Shown: in pieces, positions 57,176 through 64,000 of the stretch | Layout: every line of letters begins with the position of its first letter | How positions within the stretch are numbered: position 1 is the stretch's first letter | From: Candidatus Aenigmatarchaeota archaeon | Lineage (GTDB): Archaea > Aenigmatarchaeota > Aenigmatarchaeia > GW2011-AR5 | Direction of reading: 5' to 3' | NCBI GenBank assembly: GCA_016187335.1 | Contig: JACPJW010000001.1 | Location: 128,001-192,000, forward strand | DNA: 64,000 nt | Made by a program: the position numbers and the translations under genes | The notes under the pieces: generated by a model | Told to the model about the DNA's origin: nothing | Database searches by the model: none | What the model saw: only the letters and a program-made list of their open reading frames with translations

Positions 57176-57346
57176 ATGCCGTCTACAACTATCCGCATAA
57201 GCAGGGACAACAGGAAAAGACTCAATGATTTAGGCAGGAAAGCCGACACTTATGACGACATTCTCGGGCGTCTTCTTGATTATATTGAAAAAGAAGGGAT
57301 TGATTTTAACGAATTGAACAATTCAAAGAAAAAGGTGAAAAAATGA
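57176..57346 (+). CDS. Small ribbon-helix-helix / antitoxin-like protein
   Basis: TTIRISRDNRKRL..LG...TYDDILGRLL; ATGA overlap with smc; translated by hand. Confidence 0.75.
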   Translation: MPSTTIRISRDNRKRLNDLGRKADTYDDILGRLLDYIEKEGIDFNELNNSKKKVKK

Positions 57347-59766
57347 TACGCCTGGACAGGATAACCATGCAGGGATTCAAGTCCTTCGCAGGAAAGATAA
57401 CAATACCGTTTCCCAAAGGATTCAACTGTATCTGTGGCCCGAATGGATCCGGAAAGTCGAATATAATAGACGCCCTCACATTTGTTCTTGGAACATCCTC
57501 AGCCCGTGCCATAAGGGCCCAGCGCCTGCAAAATCTTTTATTTAACGGCGCGCGCGACAAAAAGCCCGCTGATTTCTGCGAAGTGACGTTGTACCTGGAA
57601 AACGACGGCTCCATAGCAGGTTACGAAAGCGAAATAAAGGTGAGCCGCCGCGTGAACAGGAGCGGCGTGACTTTCTACAAGCTCAACGGGAGGACGGTCA
57701 CGCGTTCAAAAATACTGGATTTGCTTGCCAACGCCAACCTTTCCCCGGAAGGCTACAACATAATAATGCAGGGCGACGTGACGAAAATAATAGAGATGAA
57801 CCCGAAAGAAAGAAGAGGCATCATTGACGAAGTGTCGGGCATAGCGGAATTTGACGACAAGAAGGAAAAGGCGCAGCGCGAGATGGAAAGGGTTGAAATG
57901 CGCGTGCGCGAGAACATGATTGTCGTTGCGGAAAAGCAGAAACTTGTTGCGCGCATGAAGCAGGAAAGAGAAAGCGCAGAGAAATACAAAAAGCTGGGCG
58001 ACGAGCTGAGAAAAAGCAGGGCATCCATGCTTAACAGGAAAATGAAGGATATAGAAGAGAAGCTTTCTGTCACGGAAAAAGAAGACAGGGAAAGCGACGA
58101 AAGGCTGGCCGCCATAGACAAGGACCTTAAGAAGGCGGAAAAGGACCTGCGTGAAAATGAGGACCTGCTGAAGAAAATGAACGAGGATATTCTGAAAAAA
58201 TCCCGCAACATAGAAATAATGAGGAAAATAGATGCCCTGCAGACAGAGATTATCAGAAAAAAAGACAAGATTGACCTTAACGAGCGGCAGGCATCTATGC
58301 TGCGCTCAACGGAAAGAAACGAGGCCGTCAAGGATATTTTGTCCGGCAATTTCAGCGGCGTTCACGGGACTTTCTCTTCGCTGGTAAGCACCGACAGAAA
58401 ATACGAGACAGCTCTGGAGGTGGCGGTTGGCAGGCACGACAAGGATATTGTTGTTGACGACGAGGACATAGCGTCTGGCTGCATAAATCACCTGAAGAAA
58501 AGGAAAATCGGGCGGGCGCGCTTCCTGCCGCTGAGGAAACTGCAGAAACGCGAAAGGAGGGAATACAGGGGAAGGGAAAAAGTCATTGGGTACCTGATCG
58601 ATTTCGTGAAGTACGACGGGAGATTTTCTTCTGCTGTCAAGCATGTCCTGGAATCTGTCCTTGTTGCCGACAATATTGATACTGCAAAAAGAATAAGCGG
58701 CTTCAAGGTAGTGACTTTGGAAGGCGACCTTGTCGAGCCGAGCGGCGAGATGATAGGCGGCTATTACAAAAGAAAGATGAAAGATGTCGGCTTTCACGAG
58801 ATAAAGAAGCTGGAAGAAGAAAACCTTGGGCTGGAAAATGAAATAACAAAGATAGAAAAAGAACTGGCAGTTTTGAAGTCGCAGGAGCAGTCGGAATCAA
58901 AGGAAGTGATGAAGCTGCAGGAAAGGAAAAATAATGTTGAGAAAGCCGTTGAAGACCTCAGGAAAAAGTGGAAGGATGCCCTGGAAGAAAAAATAGCGTT
59001 GCAGGGCGGCGTCTCAAAGGGCAAGATAGAAAGGGCAAGGCTTGAGGCTTCTTACGATAATTTGAAAGTGGAAGCTGAGGAGTTCTCTGAAATAAAGGAA
59101 TACTACAGCAGGTCCGTTGACGAGCTGCAGGAGCGCGTTCGCTCGCTGACGCTGGAAATAAACAAGCTGGGGCCTGTAAACCTCAGGGCCCTGGAAGAGT
59201 ATGATGTGATCATAACGGAGTTTGAGGAATTAAAGAAAAAACTGGACAAGCTCATAAATGAAAAGGAAGCCGTGATGAAAGTGGTGGAAGAAGTTTCAAA
59301 GAGGAGGTATGAAAAATTCATGGAAACGTTCGGCGAGATAAACAAAAACCTGACGCAGATCTACCATGACCTTGCCGGAGGAGCGGCAGGGCTGCGCCTA
59401 GAAGAGGAGAACAACATTGACAGCGGCCTGATTATAGAGGCATCGCCCCCGGGAAAAAGGGTTCTAAACCTGGACAGCATGTCAGGCGGCGAGCGCACGT
59501 TGACGTCGCTGGCGTTTCTTTTTGCAATCATGCAGCATTATTCCTCGCCGTTTTACGTGCTGGACGAGGTTGATGCTGCTTTGGACAAGTCCAACACTAA
59601 GAAAATAGCGGACCTCATCAAGAAATATTCCGGCAAGGTGCAGTTTATAGTAATAACGCACAATGACCTTACTATATCCGAAGCCGACAAGGTCTTCGGC
59701 GTCAGCATCGAGGGCGGAGTATCAAAAGTCTTCGGCATAGAGATGCCGCAAGAGCAGCCAGCATGA
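57343..59766 (+). CDS. smc: SMC protein with short coiled-coil arms (807 aa)
   Basis: GPNGSGKSN, IMQGD Q-loop, hinge GVHG..GRARFLPL..GG, MSGGE, LDEVDAALD, ITH. Confidence 0.95.
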   Translation: MIRLDRITMQGFKSFAGKITIPFPKGFNCICGPNGSGKSNIIDALTFVLGTSSARAIRAQRLQNLLFNGARDKKPADFCEVTLYLENDGSIAGYESEIKVSRRVNRSGVTFYKLNGRTVTRSKILDLLANANLSPEGYNIIMQGDVTKIIEMNPKERRGIIDEVSGIAEFDDKKEKAQREMERVEMRVRENMIVVAEKQKLVARMKQERESAEKYKKLGDELRKSRASMLNRKMKDIEEKLSVTEKEDRESDERLAAIDKDLKKAEKDLRENEDLLKKMNEDILKKSRNIEIMRKIDALQTEIIRKKDKIDLNERQASMLRSTERNEAVKDILSGNFSGVHGTFSSLVSTDRKYETALEVAVGRHDKDIVVDDEDIASGCINHLKKRKIGRARFLPLRKLQKRERREYRGREKVIGYLIDFVKYDGRFSSAVKHVLESVLVADNIDTAKRISGFKVVTLEGDLVEPSGEMIGGYYKRKMKDVGFHEIKKLEEENLGLENEITKIEKELAVLKSQEQSESKEVMKLQERKNNVEKAVEDLRKKWKDALEEKIALQGGVSKGKIERARLEASYDNLKVEAEEFSEIKEYYSRSVDELQERVRSLTLEINKLGPVNLRALEEYDVIITEFEELKKKLDKLINEKEAVMKVVEEVSKRRYEKFMETFGEINKNLTQIYHDLAGGAAGLRLEEENNIDSGLIIEASPPGKRVLNLDSMSGGERTLTSLAFLFAIMQHYSSPFYVLDEVDAALDKSNTKKIADLIKKYSGKVQFIVITHNDLTISEADKVFGVSIEGGVSKVFGIEMPQEQPA

Positions 59767-59789
59767 AACATGGAAAGGGACGAATACTA

Positions 59790-60554
59790 ATGGCAGAAGA
59801 CATCGCAAAAAAGCCTGAAGCAAAACATGGAAACGATTCCGCTATGACAGAAAAAGCCATAGATGAATCCAAGCTTATCCGCACGATTGTTCTTGGCAGC
59901 GACTGGCAGGAAGTTTTGGAAAACATTGTCGTTGAAGAGGGTTTAGACCCCCAGCATATAGACATAATAAATCTGGCCGACTCGTTCACGGAATATATGC
60001 AGCGCCTGAAGGTGTTTGACTTCCGAATTCCCGCAAGGTTCATCCTTATCGCTGCAATACTGCTCAGGATGAAATGCGAGCTGCTTCTGGAGGAGGAAGA
60101 AGAGAAGGCGCGCATTGAATCTGCAGCTCTCCCGAACATCAGCCTGGAGAACATACCTGAACTGACAGCGCCGCTCATGAGGAAGCCGACAAGGAAGGTG
60201 ACTCTTGACGAGCTGATAAGGGCGCTGGACAAGGCTTTCGAGTTCAAAGAGCGGAAGGAAGGAAAACAGCTGAGAATGCGGCGTGCTGTTGAAAACCTTA
60301 TTGAACCCGAGGAGGACATAGAGCTGCGGATAAGCAGGATATACGACAGGATAACGAAGCACAGCGTAATAAAGTTCTCTGATCTTGTGCACCCCTGGAA
60401 AAGAAAAGAGATTGTGAAAATATTCATGCCCCTGCTCCACTTGGAGCAGCGCGGTCGCGTGGTTTGCGAGCAGGAGGAATTTTTCAAGGAGATAACGATA
60501 AGGATTGTGGAAGAATCGGAGCAGCCTAAAGAGCCTCAAATGGCCCAGGAATAA
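59790..60554 (+). CDS. scpA: Segregation/condensation protein A (kleisin)
   Basis: LDPQHIDI..LAD, ARFILIAAILLRMK, RKVTLDELI.AL, FMPLLHLEQRG. Confidence 0.92.
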   Translation: MAEDIAKKPEAKHGNDSAMTEKAIDESKLIRTIVLGSDWQEVLENIVVEEGLDPQHIDIINLADSFTEYMQRLKVFDFRIPARFILIAAILLRMKCELLLEEEEEKARIESAALPNISLENIPELTAPLMRKPTRKVTLDELIRALDKAFEFKERKEGKQLRMRRAVENLIEPEEDIELRISRIYDRITKHSVIKFSDLVHPWKRKEIVKIFMPLLHLEQRGRVVCEQEEFFKEITIRIVEESEQPKEPQMAQE

Positions 60555-60569
60555 TAAGGGAAAGTTATT

Positions 60570-61151
60570 GTGAAAAGAAAACCAAAAGAAACCGAAGTTC
60601 CGCAGGAACTTCAACCTGATGGGGTTGTCTTGTCTATGGCAATAAGGAACAAGGAGCAGAAAATTGCGCTGCTGGAAGCTGCGCTGTTCACGACAACCGA
60701 GCCCTTGTCTGTCGATGAATTGCAGAAGGCAACGAAGATAACGTCAGGGGAAATAGAAATCCTGCTGAAGGATATTGAGCAGAAGTATTCAGGTGCAGAG
60801 CACGGCGTGAAGCTGTCAACAATCGGCGGCTACCGCCTGATGGTCAAGGAGCAGTTCGTTGAAAGGGTATCCCATTTGACGCCGCACGCTGATTTGTCCA
60901 GAGGCCTGCTCCGCGTCCTTTCTATAATTGCCTACCACGAGCCTGTGCCTCAGTCGGACATTGTCAAGATTATAGGCAACAGGACATACGAGTATGTCAA
61001 GGAACTGGAGGAGCGCGGGCTTGTCAAAAGCGAGAAGAAATCCAGAACGAAAATGTTAAGCACCACGCCGCAGTTTGAGGAATATTTCGGCGCCAAGAAA
61101 GAAGAAATAAAGCGCATGGCAGAGGGCGTTGAAGAGCAAAACAAAGAATGA
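60570..61151 (+). CDS. scpB: Segregation/condensation protein B
   Basis: LEAALF, LSIIAYHEPV.QSDIVKIIG, TTPQFEEYFG. Confidence 0.94.
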   Translation: MKRKPKETEVPQELQPDGVVLSMAIRNKEQKIALLEAALFTTTEPLSVDELQKATKITSGEIEILLKDIEQKYSGAEHGVKLSTIGGYRLMVKEQFVERVSHLTPHADLSRGLLRVLSIIAYHEPVPQSDIVKIIGNRTYEYVKELEERGLVKSEKKSRTKMLSTTPQFEEYFGAKKEEIKRMAEGVEEQNKE

Positions 61152-61171
61152 AATCAAGCCTGAAAAAAACT

Positions 61172-61816
61172 TCATATAAATTCTTCAATGGTTCTCAGGT
61201 ATTTTTCCATTCTTTTGCTGATGTCTTTTTCATTTGAAATCAGGTAAAAATGAAAAAACCTTTCTGTCGGCGACTGCCAAACAGCTTCTATCCCTGGAAT
61301 ATTCCTGTTTATAAAAAATCTTTGGAATAGAATCTTTCCCTTATCTCTCGTTATTTCAGAATCCTTTATTTCTACAACAGACCCGAAAGCATCTACAGAT
61401 TCAATCCCTTTCTGATAATTTTTCAGCATATCCAAACCTAATTGAAGTCTCCTTTCCATTGTAGAATTGGTGCGCGGAGTGTACCAGAAAAGAACTGTTG
61501 ATTCATCTCCTACGGGAAGGTCCCCCGCAGCATGAAATGCTTCCACTCCGATTATCATTCCGGATTCGTAACTTGCATTTACTTCATTATATAGCCCGTA
61601 ATCATAAACTTCCATTCCTCTGGGGTATGTGAATGCTATGCCTATTTTTGGGTTGGAATACCTCACGAATTCCGATTGCTGGGCTTGTGCAGCCTGTCCC
61701 TGTGAAGAGCCGAAACTAGGCGCCGCCGTTCCCATCAAAGCAGATGCCATTACGGCGGCTGCGCCCGCACGCAAATATCTTCTTATGCCTGATGTCATCT
61801 TCTTACCTTTAATCAC
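61172..61816 (-). CDS. Secreted hypothetical protein, possible PsbP-like fold
   Basis: Signal-like N-terminus; YSNPKIGIAFTYP motif; AT-rich. Confidence 0.55.
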   Translation of the reverse strand: MIKGKKMTSGIRRYLRAGAAAVMASALMGTAAPSFGSSQGQAAQAQQSEFVRYSNPKIGIAFTYPRGMEVYDYGLYNEVNASYESGMIIGVEAFHAAGDLPVGDESTVLFWYTPRTNSTMERRLQLGLDMLKNYQKGIESVDAFGSVVEIKDSEITRDKGKILFQRFFINRNIPGIEAVWQSPTERFFHFYLISNEKDISKRMEKYLRTIEEFI

Positions 61817-61857
61817 TACTTTACAGTAGCTGTTATATAAAGCTTTCGCTCCAGAAA

Positions 61858-62445
61858 TCAGCTCTTGACGGCAATCCTGATTATCTCGCTTAAAATTTCC
61901 TCGGGCGGCCTGTTGCCGTCTATGACGTATGTTTCCGGAAACAGGTTCTTCATGTTGAGGTAATTCCTCCTTATCTGCTCCAGTTTGTGCACCTCTTCGA
62001 ACAGCTCAAGGTGCGGCCGCGATTTCTTCATCCTCTCGACGCATATGCTCGGCTGGGTGTCAATGAAAAAAGTCATGTTCGGCTTCCGGAAATAAGCGTT
62101 CAGCTGCTTCAGTATCTGCAGTGACACGTCCAGCGAGCCGTAAGCATACGAGCTGAGTATGTAGCGATCGCATATCACGATCTTGCCTTTCTTCAGCAGA
62201 GGCTCTATTTCAGTTGTCAGGTGGTGCGAGCGGTCCGCGGAGAAAAGAACCTGCAGCGTGAACGGCGACGTTTTCCATTCCTTGCGCAGGGCTGCTTTTA
62301 TGGTCCCGCCTATTATGCCTTCCGTCGGCTCCTTTGTCAGAAATGCTTCCTTTCCTTTGCTCAAGAAGTAGTTCCTCAGCAGGGTTGCCTGTGTTGTCGT
62401 GCCCGCTCCGTCAAGCCCCTCGAACACAATCATTTTGCCTGCCAT
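61858..62445 (-). CDS. tmk: Thymidylate kinase
   Basis: FEGLDGAGTTTQ, KEP, ADR..H, CDRYILSS.AYG. Confidence 0.94.
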   Translation of the reverse strand: MAGKMIVFEGLDGAGTTTQATLLRNYFLSKGKEAFLTKEPTEGIIGGTIKAALRKEWKTSPFTLQVLFSADRSHHLTTEIEPLLKKGKIVICDRYILSSYAYGSLDVSLQILKQLNAYFRKPNMTFFIDTQPSICVERMKKSRPHLELFEEVHKLEQIRRNYLNMKNLFPETYVIDGNRPPEEILSEIIRIAVKS

Positions 62446-62483
62446 GCTTACCGCTATGTTTAGCGCTTAGATGTATAAAAAGT

Positions 62484-62804
62484 TTATTTGGCTGTTTCGT
62501 TTTCAATCCATTTTAAATAATCGGGATTGCCTTCTGTGATCGGGAATGCATTGACGCATGGCACGCTGTAAGAATGGTGCTTCTTGACTTCATCAAGAAT
62601 TTTTTTGTAGAGGGCTTTCTTCGTCTTTGCTATAAGCAGCGCCTCGCCGTGTTTCTCTATCCTGCCTTTCCACCAGTAGGCGCTTCTTATCGGCATGATG
62701 TTCGCGCACGCTATGAGGCGCTTTCTCAGCAGTATTTCGGATATTTTATCAGCTTCCTTCCAGTCCTTTGTAGTGATGTAAACGGCGATGAATTTTGCTG
62801 GCAT
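62484..62804 (-). CDS. cutA: CutA divalent-cation tolerance protein
   Basis: LIACANI, YWWKGRIE, HSYSVP, YLKWI. Confidence 0.94.
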   Translation of the reverse strand: MPAKFIAVYITTKDWKEADKISEILLRKRLIACANIMPIRSAYWWKGRIEKHGEALLIAKTKKALYKKILDEVKKHHSYSVPCVNAFPITEGNPDYLKWIENETAK

Positions 62805-62864
62805 AATCCATTCTTCCATCCTGCGCTTAAATATGTATAGGCATTATTATGCATAGGTGGGACT

Positions 62865-63035
62865 ATGGCTTACGTGAGGTACAAGCTGCCGGAAGAGACG
62901 CACAAGCTGCTGAAAAAGGTTTCTTCGCGTCTGGGCATGAAGGAATCAGAGGTCTCCAGAATTGCATTGATGGAATACCTGAAATCACTGGGCGTTCTGA
63001 ACGAGCGCGTGAAGAAAAAATTCGTTTTCAGGTAA
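62865..63035 (+). CDS. Ribbon-helix-helix (CopG-like) protein
   Basis: YVRYKLPEETHKLLKKVSSRLGMKESEVSRIALMEYL; translated by hand. Confidence 0.8.
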   Translation: MAYVRYKLPEETHKLLKKVSSRLGMKESEVSRIALMEYLKSLGVLNERVKKKFVFR

Positions 63036-63060
63036 ACTTTTTAAGAAAAAGTTTAATCAA
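63033..63060 (-). repeat. Family A mini-hairpin overlapping the RHH stop
   Basis: taaacttttt/aag/aaaaagttta+ATCAA (TTGAT on the minus strand). Confidence 0.85.
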
Positions 63061-63074
63061 AAATAAGGGTTTCT

Positions 63075-63731
63075 ATGACTGAAAAAGCAATCACTGTCGT
63101 TATCCCCGCCTATAACGAAGAAAAGAGCGTTGCTTCTGTCGTCAACAGGGCCAAAAAATACGGCTCTGTCGTTGTCATTGACGATGCATCAAAGGACCGC
63201 ACGGCGGAGCAAGCTAAGAAAGCCGGAGCCTCTGTCCTGAAGCACAAAATAAACGGCGGCCTCGGCGCATCCCTGCGCACGGGCTTCAGGAAAGCCCTGG
63301 AAATGCAGAGCGATGTTGTCATAACTCTGGACGCGGACGGCCAGCATGACCCCGATGACATACCGGAAATGCTGGAAAAAATTTCAGAGGGCTGCGATTT
63401 CGTGATCGGCCAGAGGAACCTGAAGAAATATCCGTTTGTAAAGAAATTCGGCAACTTCTTCCTGAACGCGGCAACAAATTTTGTCGCCGGCACTTCTTTG
63501 AAGGATACGGAATCGGGCTTTCGCGCAATCAGAACAGGCGCGCTTAGAAAAATGTCTTTCAAGGCGAAAAGATATGAAATTGCTGTGGACATTGTCTACG
63601 AGGTAGGCAGAAACAAACTGAAGACAGCGTCCGTGCCTGTAAAATCGCCCGTTTACGTGAAAGGCGTCGGCGTCTGGGACGGCGTGAGGAATTTTATTTA
63701 CCTGCTGAAAAGGAAGGCTGGATTTATCTGA
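63075..63731 (+). CDS. Glycosyltransferase family 2 (DPM synthase-like)
   Basis: VIPAYNE, IDDASKD, TLDADGQHDP, DTESGFRA. Confidence 0.93.
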   Translation: MTEKAITVVIPAYNEEKSVASVVNRAKKYGSVVVIDDASKDRTAEQAKKAGASVLKHKINGGLGASLRTGFRKALEMQSDVVITLDADGQHDPDDIPEMLEKISEGCDFVIGQRNLKKYPFVKKFGNFFLNAATNFVAGTSLKDTESGFRAIRTGALRKMSFKAKRYEIAVDIVYEVGRNKLKTASVPVKSPVYVKGVGVWDGVRNFIYLLKRKAGFI

Positions 63732-63930
63732 TAAGAGCTTCAGCTGCTTTGTAAAAACCAAAAGCTCCAACAGCACTCATAGCTATCAAATCAGCCAACA
63801 TTATTTTTTGGAAAACAGGTTCCATTCCCTGGTAAGCTTCAGTAAGGCTCCTTGCATGTGCATAAGCGTAGGGAAAGACAGCCGCAGCTGCACCTGCCAG
63901 GTATGGAAGAAGTTTCACGAATTCCGGCAT
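63724..63930 (-). CDS. Small membrane protein (ORFan)
   Basis: Two hydrophobic segments in 68 aa. Confidence 0.45.
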   Translation of the reverse strand: MPEFVKLLPYLAGAAAAVFPYAYAHARSLTEAYQGMEPVFQKIMLADLIAMSAVGAFGFYKAAEALIR

Positions 63931-64000
63931 AATTATCAGTTCATATATTTCCTTAAAATTCTTAACCTTATCCTGAAGCTATCATAAGACCCTATCAAAT

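Noticed and set aside
320-63776. Many long antisense or alternate-frame ORFs in the track (e.g. 6781-7428, 24855-25514, 55300-55998, 59702-60487)
   Set aside because: They shadow well-supported genes and have no recognisable motifs

Overview
Archaeal core-genome window, most likely DPANN and Aenigmarchaeota-like. This is inferred from the fused PriS-PriL primase, archaeal ribosomal and RNA polymerase genes and compact gene packing. It carries translation and transcription genes (rps3ae, rpl15e, rpl18e-rpl13-rps9-rpoN, rpoD-rps11-rps4-rps13, rpl7ae-rps28e-rpl24e, rps27e-aIF2a-nop10, rpoK-rps2, rpl10e, rpl44e, rps15, argS, dys, ychF, rsmA, cbf5, rnp2/rnp3), replication genes (rfcL, GINS, primase, smc-scpAB) and many AT-richer ORFans wedged between core genes. 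The most notable signals are: (1) a tRNA-Leu(TAA) gene split by four BHB-type introns, two of them homologous to each other; (2) a covarying mini-hairpin repeat with a fixed TTG(A/G)T foot that sits right after stop codons, abuts tRNA-Leu and forms much of the tRNA-Ser(GGA) intron, suggesting an archaeal REP-like element linked to tRNA intron origin; (3) a second, bulged double-hairpin repeat family, including an exact 87-bp direct repeat around a 4-kb block of uncharacterised genes; (4) an SMC with roughly half-length arms; (5) a proteasome-beta-like ORFan; (6) a synonymously recoded duplicate of the argS 3' end; (7) classical C2H2 zinc fingers, one fused to primase. No CRISPR array, rRNA or intact transposase was seen. 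All protein calls come from motif recognition by eye; no database searches were run.
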